A stretch of 64,000 bases of DNA from a virus (taxonomy: Duplodnaviria > Caudoviricetes). Location of the stretch: the IMG/VR virus record IMGVR_UViG_3300032320_000838, positions 1-64,000 of that record, one strand, 5' to 3'. Positions 55,870 to 64,000 of the stretch are shown here, piece after piece. A program made the translations under genes and the position numbers. Under the pieces are notes generated by a model. The model had not been told where the DNA came from. It saw nothing but the letters and a program-made list of their open reading frames with translations, and made no database searches. Each line of letters starts with the position of its first letter. Position 1 is the first letter of the stretch.

Positions 55870-56553
55870 TTATGGTTGATCGTTTTCTATATCCACTATA
55901 TTTGCTTCGATGTAGTTTATAACATTATGCTGCTTTACTGGACCGTATAGGTTTATCTTGGCAGTAAATGTCATATCCCACATAATAAATCTACTATTTT
56001 CTGTAACAAGTGGTCCTTCGAATGCTTCTTCAGTTGTCACTTGAGTTAGAATAATAGGTATGTCTAGTTTTTCTTGTTCATTACCAAGAACGCCAGGTTT
56101 GATCGTCATACTGAACTCTGGAGTAAAATACGGGAGTATCTGCTCCACTATCTGAAGTCCATCATCCATATTTCTGACATAACTGGATAGTGTGATGTCT
56201 AGGTTGTAAGGAACTGGCATATGGTGGTATGAATATTCTGTATCACCATTTGTGTTGATAGTTTCCATATATCTTCTGTTTATGCTGTTCTTCTTTCTTT
56301 CAGCATCATAAGAGATATTTGTGATTGCAAAAGACATTCTAGGTAGAGTGATCTGGACTGCTTGATTGCTGAGATCAGCCAAACTCACACTCAAACGATT
56401 TACGAACTTTTCCTTGACAGAATATGTAAGAGGAACCTTTATTCTCTGGGAAACACCATTTGGTATTTCTCTATTAATATGAATATTGTTAAATAAGGTT
56501 CCAAAGGAAACTACTGTTTTTCTTATTATTCCGTGGTAGAAATCTGTAAACAT
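55870..56553 (-). CDS. gp15: Tail sheath stabilizer/terminator
   Basis: FYH.IIRK.V.SFGTLFNNI..KVPL.Y..KEKF..LPRMSF..PVPYN..QIVEQILPYF.P. Confidence 0.93.
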   Translation of the reverse strand: MFTDFYHGIIRKTVVSFGTLFNNIHINREIPNGVSQRIKVPLTYSVKEKFVNRLSVSLADLSNQAVQITLPRMSFAITNISYDAERKKNSINRRYMETINTNGDTEYSYHHMPVPYNLDITLSSYVRNMDDGLQIVEQILPYFTPEFSMTIKPGVLGNEQEKLDIPIILTQVTTEEAFEGPLVTENSRFIMWDMTFTAKINLYGPVKQHNVINYIEANIVDIENDQP

Positions 56554-57245
56554 CAGTAGTTGCCTTCCGAGAATGGATCAACTTCTGTAAAATCAAGAAG
56601 AGATGCTGCGTTTTGCTGAATAATAGTGTTGTCCTTTATTGTCTTACCATCCTGTATTGCGTCGGGTGTTCCGTCACCGTCTTCGTCTATCAGAGATACT
56701 ATATTCTCTTCTATTGCATCAATATCAGACACACCCGTGTCGATCTCTTCCATAGAATACTTGAAGAGTTCACAATCCAATCTATATGTGTATAGTTTTC
56801 CACCTTGGAAAAATACTTGTTTATTATCCACATATTTGATCTCAAACAGACCCTTCGATAATGGAAAATAAATTAGATCACCCATCATAGGTGCTTCTAA
56901 TTCTATTGGACGATCTGCCATAGTCGGAACTTTTGCTGCTTCTTGCTGAAATCTCTTCTTAGCAACAACCAAGGACATATTGTCACGGACTTCTATGCCA
57001 AACTTGGAAACTATTTCTCTTTCGCCCTCGAAACCATTAAATGTTTCCAGATACATTTCTATCGGAAAAGAAACATCAAAATGTGAAAGAACATCTTCAC
57101 CAAAAATCTGATCAAGTTTTCTGAATCTTCTTGGGATGTAATACACATCCATACCCTTGCTCTTGATGGATTCGATCATAAGATCTTCCATCAAATCTTG
57201 AGTTGGTGCATATTTGTTGTTGTTAAAATACGGATTTGTAGCCAT
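56553..57245 (-). CDS. gp14: Neck protein
   Basis: NPYFN..DL.IESIK..G.DVYYIPR..FGED..F..EMY..KFG.E..GDLIYFP..LFEIKYV. Confidence 0.93.
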   Translation of the reverse strand: MATNPYFNNNKYAPTQDLMEDLMIESIKSKGMDVYYIPRRFRKLDQIFGEDVLSHFDVSFPIEMYLETFNGFEGEREIVSKFGIEVRDNMSLVVAKKRFQQEAAKVPTMADRPIELEAPMMGDLIYFPLSKGLFEIKYVDNKQVFFQGGKLYTYRLDCELFKYSMEEIDTGVSDIDAIEENIVSLIDEDGDGTPDAIQDGKTIKDNTIIQQNAASLLDFTEVDPFSEGNY

Positions 57246-57247
57246 TT

Positions 57248-58066
57248 TTATCCGACAAAGAAGTTAGGTGGAAGTTCGTATTTGTTCTGTACTTGCTGCT
57301 CAAGTTCCTTGATGTTTTCTCTAGCGGACGACAATATTTCACCGCCATTAAGTGTTACACCGCCTGGTAGAGACACATTATTAAACTTGGATAGGTTCAT
57401 ACCCCACTGTTCCTGTATTCTGTATGTGCAATATTCTTTTAGCAAACGATCATTAAATATTTCACCATATGTTTCTGGATCAAGAACCCTGTACGCTTCG
57501 AACATCATATAGTTTCCAATAACTGGATGTGTTTCCCAATCCATATCCACATATATTCTGTTCGTCACTCTGCTGAAAGTCACTGCTTTTTCTGGTGTAA
57601 GCATATCTTGTAACATCTGCATATGTGATCTTGTAAAGTTATATGAGATGAGAGAATCGCTGTATGTGTTGGTTCTGAGTCCATAAAGATCGTTGAGTGC
57701 AATCTGGTAGCGAGCATCAAACATACCAGTTCCACCGAGAGTGTCGTATAGTTGAAAACAACGAATAACACTTATGATTGATTTGCCATTAGGATCCAAC
57801 GCTGGAGCCGCCTGTATTCCTACAGACGAATCTGCCAGCGTTGGTTGCGTCAAGTCGATATACTTCTGATCTATATCGTCCTGAGTTATTTGTTTTCTTA
57901 AATAGCATCTTTCCACACCATCGAAGTGATATTCAGCAAAGAACTGTAAAGCATCGTCTATTCTATCCTCGATTTGTGCATCGTCGATATTGATCTCGAT
58001 GACTGGATAGCCTAGCCTGCGTAAGCAGTATTGCTTCAGTTGTTCTCTGGTTTGTGGTTGTGCCAT
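57248..58066 (-). CDS. gp13: Neck protein
   Basis: LKQYCLRRLG.PVIEIN.DD.QIEDRID.ALQ.F.EYH.DG..QWG.NL.KF..LPGGVTLNG. Confidence 0.95.
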   Translation of the reverse strand: MAQPQTREQLKQYCLRRLGYPVIEINIDDAQIEDRIDDALQFFAEYHFDGVERCYLRKQITQDDIDQKYIDLTQPTLADSSVGIQAAPALDPNGKSIISVIRCFQLYDTLGGTGMFDARYQIALNDLYGLRTNTYSDSLISYNFTRSHMQMLQDMLTPEKAVTFSRVTNRIYVDMDWETHPVIGNYMMFEAYRVLDPETYGEIFNDRLLKEYCTYRIQEQWGMNLSKFNNVSLPGGVTLNGGEILSSARENIKELEQQVQNKYELPPNFFVG

Positions 58067-58083
58067 TTGTTCTCCTTTAGTAA

Positions 58084-58091
58084 TATTTATA
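58084..58091 (-). promoter_or_regulatory. Late promoter TATAAATA
   Basis: Upstream of the gp13 AGGAG RBS. Confidence 0.75.
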
Positions 58092-58111
58092 CTTCTCGGA
58101 GAACTCTAATA

Positions 58112-58465
58112 TCAGTCGCGGAAAAGGAACTGGATCTTGGTGATCTCCGACACAGAAAGTTCTACATTTCCCAGAGAGTCGATAGAAATTGGATCCCAAT
58201 CCACATCTATTTGTGTCTCTAGAAGTTCACTGAATTCCTTGAGGAAATCTTCCTTGTGCTTCTCCAAGACAGAAACCACTCCGTCTTTCTCTTCTCCGTA
58301 CTTGTTGATCAACTTCTGTCTCTCGTCCTCCAACATCTTTAGTTCGTCATTAAACTTCTTCATAATCTTGACAAACTTATATGATGATTTGGCGGGAAGT
58401 GCCAAATCTACCAGTTTGTTAAGGACACCAACGGACGAATAAATCTCAAATAAACTCACTTTCAT
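58112..58465 (-). CDS. Small helical protein (DUF1617-like, possible fibre chaperone)
   Basis: LPAKSSYK..K..ELK..EDERQKLINKYGE..F..EF.ELL pattern; AAGGAG RBS. Confidence 0.6.
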   Translation of the reverse strand: MKVSLFEIYSSVGVLNKLVDLALPAKSSYKFVKIMKKFNDELKMLEDERQKLINKYGEEKDGVVSVLEKHKEDFLKEFSELLETQIDVDWDPISIDSLGNVELSVSEITKIQFLFRD

Positions 58466-58484
58466 TATATAATCTCCTTAGTCG

Positions 58485-61400
58485 TTATGCTTGGATCGAC
58501 ATCTTATGTAGGGTGATATTGTATGTTCCCTGCATACATTTGTTGAGTGTTATTCCTACTTCGTTTGCACCCAGAGATGGTAGAGCAACGCTACAATCTG
58601 GTGAAACTGGCAATATGGAAATATCACCCTGAGCACCAGTTCCCGTAACTGGAGTTAGCAATACTATTCCTGCTCCAGAATTTTCTTCGCTGTTGACGAA
58701 CAGTTCAGAAGAATCTGACTGTACCATAGTGTTTATTATTTCTAAACTTCTGAAATTGGATCCGTTGATTATGACATTAAACTCAACTAATGCGCTTTCC
58801 GCAGGAACAAGAGAGTTTTGTATGTACATAAAATATTTTATTGCTTTTTCTGTACTAGTGTTATAGTTAATTACATCCAAATATCCACTGCTCATGCCAC
58901 CAGTACCTGAAATAGTTCCACCAGTATTACCAGTGGGAACAGTTATAGATCCATTCTTTACTCTATAGAATCCAGATTTGTTGGTTGATTGTAACTTAAG
59001 AGCACCAGAAAAATCATTACTTTCCACATTTATAGTGATATTCTTATCAGAAGCGGTTATTGTCTTGCTATCAAGAAGAATATCAGAATTAAACTGCACT
59101 CTTGTCGATCCAGATGTTGGGATGGTAGAAAGTCCAGTTGCACCAGAAACAAGTATCAAGTTTCCTGTAGTGTTGTTTGTAATGATGCCTGTATTGTTGC
59201 CGTCAAATCTAAAAGCACAATAATTTGTATTTGATACACCAGTTACTCTGACATCATAACCAGCCGCTGCTGTTTGTATTGCTAGGTGTTTGTTTACGGC
59301 CGAAGTTCCTATCGTAACTATACCGCCCACACCACTTTCTAATAATATGTGTTTTGCTGTGGTTGATGTAGAAAGTGCAGTGATGCTTAGTGTAGATGCT
59401 GTCTTAATGCTGGGAGAAGTTCCTCCTATAAGAACTGCTCCTCCTCTCAGTGGAGTCAATCCCAAATCTACAGAAACAGATAATTCGCCCGACGCCGCGC
59501 AACCTATAGTAGGAACACCTGTACCAGAAGGACCAGAAGATATTGTGAAATGTCTGGTGTTTCCAGAAACAGAAGAAAATGCTAGGATATTGCTTCCTGT
59601 TCGTGTAAAACTAAATGTAGATACATCCAGATTACCTCCCAAAGAAGGAGCAGTGTCAGAGGAAACAACTGTCTGACTACTTATTGTGAAAGTAGATGTA
59701 CCCGATCCTGCATCATGTGTCGGAACAACTGTGGTTCTTGCTCCTGCTGCTACTGAAAGAATATGTGGACCATTTCCTGTTACGGCAACATTTGTGGATC
59801 CGTTGGAAATGGTAGTATAATATGGCAAACCGTTAGTCGTACTCGCAACCTGTCTGAGTGTTGCGCTGCACAGAGAACCGTTGGCCTGTCTGTATAGAAG
59901 AGAGTTTACATTCAGTTGCAGATTTGCAGCAAGATGTCCCTCTACTCCATTTCTTTCTGTCGGATTAGCAGTCGTGGAGCCATTGAATGTAGCAATATTA
60001 TTTGCTGTTTTTATAGATCCTGCTGGCATCAAACCGAGATCGTAATCTATTCTGATGTTATCACCATTTAAAGTTGGAACTAGATCTATGTTCTCATATG
60101 AGGTAGAAGTAATAGGATCTACTAGATTAACTAGACCTACAGTAAAACTGGCAGGATTGTTTAGTTGGACATCTGTTTCTATATCAGTAGCAGTTATTCT
60201 CGTCAATCCACTGGTAGCACCACCAAGTGAATTTATGGTGTAAGTATTAGTAGAACCCACTCTGGTTATACTGATGTTGGTTCCTTCTTGTAGAACGAAT
60301 GTTTCGTTCAAAGAACTTGCTGTTATTAGAGAACCAGATACTTCAGAACCAGCAGAGTTGTTTATCTTTATGCTCTTGAAGTAGTTGCTGGAAGTCAATC
60401 CAAGTATTTGCTTGACTTCAGTGGAGGTGAGGGACTTGATGTTCTGTCCTGAAAGTCTACCGAGGATTTGGTTTTCACCGATTAGGAGATCCACTGGATT
60501 TGGATCATCTGTGTTATTTACGCTTGCTTTGACTGTGTTTACTGGCATATTTGCAAGCATATCATTCGTTATAGACTCTGGTTTGATGTAGAAAACCAAA
60601 CCAAGATTGGTGCTTACATCCACTCCAACAGCGTCACTATCATCTATTTCTATTACACCAGCGGTTTCTCCTGTGGTGAAGAAATTTCCAGTTCTTGTGT
60701 TTATTATGTTCTGGAAACCACCAGCAGTATCGGCAGCATCTATACGAATAGCGATCTTATTGTCGGGTGCTCCAGTATTAGTTTTTGTCAGAGTGATATT
60801 ATCTCCCTGAATGAAAACCAGTTCTCCTGCTTTACCATCAGCAGTTTGAGATTGTATTACTGATCCACCAGTATCATATAAGAACCAAGAGTTAAACAGA
60901 TTAGAGTTTTCTTCCAAGAAACCTGTTGGAGATGCACCTAATATGCTTCTAAGTTCTTCTCTACCCAAAGCAGTTATATTGGATATTTGACCAGTTTCGT
61001 CAACCCATCTACCAAACACATATCCCGCTATTTCTGTTGGTGGTGCCCATGCAAGAACACTATTTCCAGATATACTCTGAATGGTTGTGTATTCTGTACT
61101 GGTTTCCTGATCTGTATAGATCTTGGGATCACCAATATCACCAGTTCCAGTAACAACATATGGCAGTGATGACAATCTATCAAGTGGATCAAAAATATCA
61201 ATTGGTCTTCCGCTGGATTGTGCTCCCTTGATGCTGAAAGGAACCATATCATCTAGTTTATTATTAGTAATAGAACCATCAGCGGGAACAGATAATCCAG
61301 TTGCTTCGAACAGAATATCATTATTACTGTTTGATGTTATGCTTATACCCGTTCCAGAACGCAGATAAAGAACATCGTTTGCACTTTCAGCCTCTAGAGT

Positions 61401-63092
61401 ATAATCAAGTTCGTTTGTATTTACTCCTATAATCTGTACAGTGGAGTATCCGTTTGCGCCGTTGATAAAGACAGTATTTCCACCTGGTGCAAAAGTTTGA
61501 ATACCATTTTGACCAACGATAGTTGCAGTATCTTCTCCCGAAGCAGTAATAATACCAAAATCACCCTGTATTACCTTGAAGTAATCTGCTTGAGACAAAG
61601 AAGCAGCACTTATTTCGATTTCATTATTTGTATTCTTTTCTATAGTGATGTTTGCGCCTGGAATAAGTGTCAAAGTATCACTGACACTATTTGCATCCAC
61701 AAGTGCTCCACCAGAAATCTGCACATTTGCAAAAGAAGGACTTGAAGAGGACGAAGACGAAGTAATAAGACCAACAGTGGTTGCATAAGCAAACATAACT
61801 GGTTTCACCAGTCCCGTCGTTGGTTTGGTTGTTGTCATTTTACCAGGCAAAGTCTGAGAAAGATAATACAGAGAACCAGAGGTAAGTCCTGTTGTATTGA
61901 ACAAACCTGTCAAAGCAATCCATATTTTGCCACCAGAAATACGCTCAACTATACCGAATATTTCCGAGTTAGATTCACTATTTGCTTGAGAGCGGACAAA
62001 CTGCGAAGCGTTCCATCTTACAACATCACCCACTACTATAGAACCATCATATGATGTGGAGGTGAATCTGTTTGTGAACTTGTAATCGACAATACCATTC
62101 GTATTGGTCAACGGAACCTTGTGTTCTGTGTAATCTGAACTCGTCAGGAACTGAGTGGAGTTCTGAATATCTTCGATGTATATTCTACCACCAACATTAA
62201 ACAGAACATAACTACCACCACTATCGTATTTTCCATAAAATAGAGGTGTTCTGGCTCCAGAGTTGGTTATGTAAGAAACATCAAAAGCATTAGTTGAGTC
62301 TATTGCTCTAAGAGTGATGCTTTCGTCCGTATCTGTCGTTATGATTTCTGTGGTTCTTGTACCGAGAAGCATATTGATCTCGGTATTTGCCTGAGTTGCA
62401 CCTTTTGGACTGAAGTTAAACTTTGCATATGTGGATCCAGAGGGACCTTCCGACACAAATGCCTGATCATAGGATAAACCGATATTCTGATTGGTGTACC
62501 AAGCAAGAAGATCACCACGATATACCAGAGAAGGATCCTCATCCAGTGCGTCTATTCTGAACCCCACCGACGATATGGCAGATCTTGCTGTTGAGGAAAC
62601 ATTACCGATCTTGATTGAACTTGCTTTTAGATGCGTATTGGAAGAATCTACAGTGAAGTTTGCGGTTGATATGTCAATAGACGAAGAACCACCACCTACA
62701 AAATCGTGATCTCCTGAAACCGTATATGGGAGAATATTGGTTGCTTCTACTCTTCTGAATGTTTCACAATCAGTAGCATCTGTGGTGATATTTGTGCTAT
62801 TAGCAAGTTCTATAATATAGTTGTCTTGTTCGTCTGGTATTGTTTTTTCTGGTAGGTTTTGTATATCCAGAGTCAAAGATACATTTGCATCGTGACGAAG
62901 ACCACAACCAACATTTACACTAAGAACAGCAACACCATCGGTTATTCTGGTTACAGTTATACCAGGTCCAGCAGCAACATCATAGATGTTCAAAGGATTA
63001 AGTGCTTCAGAAATACTGTTGGTAGTTTCCCACCAGTTGTAGAAAGTGTCACTCAGTTTTAGTGGTTGGATTGGATCAAAGAGCGTGCTCAT
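58485..63092 (-). CDS. 1535-aa modular fibre/baseplate-associated protein
   Basis: N-terminal LSDTFYNWWETTN resembling T4-like fibre/baseplate anchors; repeated DTL.L..G.NI.I and SITN..L..M modules; at the wac position before gp13. Confidence 0.7.
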   Translation of the reverse strand: MSTLFDPIQPLKLSDTFYNWWETTNSISEALNPLNIYDVAAGPGITVTRITDGVAVLSVNVGCGLRHDANVSLTLDIQNLPEKTIPDEQDNYIIELANSTNITTDATDCETFRRVEATNILPYTVSGDHDFVGGGSSSIDISTANFTVDSSNTHLKASSIKIGNVSSTARSAISSVGFRIDALDEDPSLVYRGDLLAWYTNQNIGLSYDQAFVSEGPSGSTYAKFNFSPKGATQANTEINMLLGTRTTEIITTDTDESITLRAIDSTNAFDVSYITNSGARTPLFYGKYDSGGSYVLFNVGGRIYIEDIQNSTQFLTSSDYTEHKVPLTNTNGIVDYKFTNRFTSTSYDGSIVVGDVVRWNASQFVRSQANSESNSEIFGIVERISGGKIWIALTGLFNTTGLTSGSLYYLSQTLPGKMTTTKPTTGLVKPVMFAYATTVGLITSSSSSSSPSFANVQISGGALVDANSVSDTLTLIPGANITIEKNTNNEIEISAASLSQADYFKVIQGDFGIITASGEDTATIVGQNGIQTFAPGGNTVFINGANGYSTVQIIGVNTNELDYTLEAESANDVLYLRSGTGISITSNSNNDILFEATGLSVPADGSITNNKLDDMVPFSIKGAQSSGRPIDIFDPLDRLSSLPYVVTGTGDIGDPKIYTDQETSTEYTTIQSISGNSVLAWAPPTEIAGYVFGRWVDETGQISNITALGREELRSILGASPTGFLEENSNLFNSWFLYDTGGSVIQSQTADGKAGELVFIQGDNITLTKTNTGAPDNKIAIRIDAADTAGGFQNIINTRTGNFFTTGETAGVIEIDDSDAVGVDVSTNLGLVFYIKPESITNDMLANMPVNTVKASVNNTDDPNPVDLLIGENQILGRLSGQNIKSLTSTEVKQILGLTSSNYFKSIKINNSAGSEVSGSLITASSLNETFVLQEGTNISITRVGSTNTYTINSLGGATSGLTRITATDIETDVQLNNPASFTVGLVNLVDPITSTSYENIDLVPTLNGDNIRIDYDLGLMPAGSIKTANNIATFNGSTTANPTERNGVEGHLAANLQLNVNSLLYRQANGSLCSATLRQVASTTNGLPYYTTISNGSTNVAVTGNGPHILSVAAGARTTVVPTHDAGSGTSTFTISSQTVVSSDTAPSLGGNLDVSTFSFTRTGSNILAFSSVSGNTRHFTISSGPSGTGVPTIGCAASGELSVSVDLGLTPLRGGAVLIGGTSPSIKTASTLSITALSTSTTAKHILLESGVGGIVTIGTSAVNKHLAIQTAAAGYDVRVTGVSNTNYCAFRFDGNNTGIITNNTTGNLILVSGATGLSTIPTSGSTRVQFNSDILLDSKTITASDKNITINVESNDFSGALKLQSTNKSGFYRVKNGSITVPTGNTGGTISGTGGMSSGYLDVINYNTSTEKAIKYFMYIQNSLVPAESALVEFNVIINGSNFRSLEIINTMVQSDSSELFVNSEENSGAGIVLLTPVTGTGAQGDISILPVSPDCSVALPSLGANEVGITLNKCMQGTYNITLHKMSIQA

Positions 63093-63304
63093 TTAAGTCC
63101 TCTATTTAACAGTTCTTTTAGCATTTTATTCATTTCGAACAGATTGTTTTTTAACTCTCTTACTTCTTGTTCCATTTTTATGTATCTTTGCTGATCTTCT
63201 TTTCTTTTCTTAGCAGCAATATAACCCGCCCTGTTTGTTGACAGTATGGCTTTACTATGTCCATCTCTAATGATGTCTGTTCTGTTTTCGAATGGATATT
63301 TCAT
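63089..63304 (-). CDS. Small conserved coiled-coil protein
   Basis: MKYPFENRTDIIRD.HSKAILSTN..ELKNNLFEMNKML.ELL; ATGA overlaps at both ends. Confidence 0.7.
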   Translation of the reverse strand: MKYPFENRTDIIRDGHSKAILSTNRAGYIAAKKRKEDQQRYIKMEQEVRELKNNLFEMNKMLKELLNRGLK

Positions 63305-64000
63305 AGGACTGCAATTGCTCTGAGATCTCTTATTTTTGGAACATTCCAAGGTTGATCACTATACAGACACACCTTAATGCAGAAACGATTAAATGGTGTT
63401 TCTGTATCGTTTAACATAGAGAACTCTACTTCTCTGAAATCATTTGGATTGTCTGTGTAATATGTATCGAAATTAGTAACATTTGGCGTCAGTGCAATAT
63501 ATGAGTTTGAGTGGAAATCATCGGTATTTTCACTGTCCTGTACTTTGGCAAAAACTTGTATGTTTGTTCCTATTGGTTTATTGATAGACAGAGCAACTTT
63601 CATATTGCTGGAATCGAAACCATCCTCCAAAGTCACCACGCGACTGATGTATCTTGCTCTAGCAATACCTGTGCTGATGGGGACGAATGGATCAAGTTCA
63701 CCGTTACTAGAAGCATCATTACCTTCTACCAGATTCTTCACTGCAAACAAACTAAGGGATTGTAGATCTATGATGGGAGATACATCCTTGTTTGTTGTTC
63801 TTGCATTTATGGTGAGGTTAAATGGAACCACGGTTGATGGTGAACCAGTTCTTGTTCCATATGAATATGTGCTTCCCAGTTCTACATTCGTATTTGGCTC
63901 AACAACAATATTAGGCGATACTCCGCCAACAAGTGGCGTGATGTTCACATTCCAAGAAGCACGACATGAGTTAAAATCGACATATTTACTGTTGATGTTG
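63301..64000 (-). CDS. C-terminal part of a large virion structural protein (DUF4815-like), 5'-partial
   Basis: Frame is open to the window edge; SPIIDL..ARYISR.V.LE..F.EVEF..F..F.IK...VPKIRDLRAIA ending typical of this T4-like family. Confidence 0.7.
   Translation of the reverse strand, partial: NINSKYVDFNSCRASWNVNITPLVGGVSPNIVVEPNTNVELGSTYSYGTRTGSPSTVVPFNLTINARTTNKDVSPIIDLQSLSLFAVKNLVEGNDASSNGELDPFVPISTGIARARYISRVVTLEDGFDSSNMKVALSINKPIGTNIQVFAKVQDSENTDDFHSNSYIALTPNVTNFDTYYTDNPNDFREVEFSMLNDTETPFNRFCIKVCLYSDQPWNVPKIRDLRAIAVL

Noticed and set aside
1-64000. CRISPR arrays, tRNA or rRNA genes
   Set aside because: Intergenic gaps are under 150 nt, and none shows spaced direct repeats or cloverleaf signatures by eye. 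A tRNAscan run would be decisive.
1-64000. Stop-codon reassignment
   Set aside because: Core genes are intact under the standard code and end at TAA, TGA or TAG at expected positions.

Overview
A 64-kb segment of a large T4-like (Tevenvirinae/Kyanoviridae-style) myovirus genome. All credible genes are on the minus strand. In transcription order (right to left) it contains: the 3' end of a large virion gene; a 1535-aa fibre-like gene; neck/tail/packaging genes (gp13, 14, 15, 16, 17, 18, 19); portal gp20; two Cys-rich insertions; gp67-like, gp21, gp22, gp23, gp3; uvsY, uvsW, Sm-like, gp55, gp47; a pyrimidine-dimer glycosylase; a gp68-like basic protein; gp46; an accessory cassette (GNAT, PlcP/LpxH-type metallophosphoesterase, membrane peptide, amino-DNA methyltransferase); rnh, gp45, gp44, gp62, regA; a ~13-kb island of fibre-like genes; SAM methyltransferase, dUTPase, HNH, DUF1599-like; gp43, uvsX, gp41, gp61; a NUMOD4-HNH; thyX; and a collagen fibre gene. 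Most notable: (1) consecutive fibre genes whose C-terminal D-[G/C]-G-x-[F/Y] peptide is followed by a gene starting with a K-R-[G/S] Mtd_N-like head, suggesting a head-to-tail plug-and-socket chain; (2) a PlcP-like phospholipase candidate; (3) Cys-rich late proteins inside the head module; (4) an RBS-sequestering hairpin with an embedded late promoter before an HNH gene; (5) divergent sigma70 promoters upstream of gp55. All family assignments are from motif recognition by eye; no database searches were run. Several start codons were moved from the ORF track using RBS and overlap evidence.
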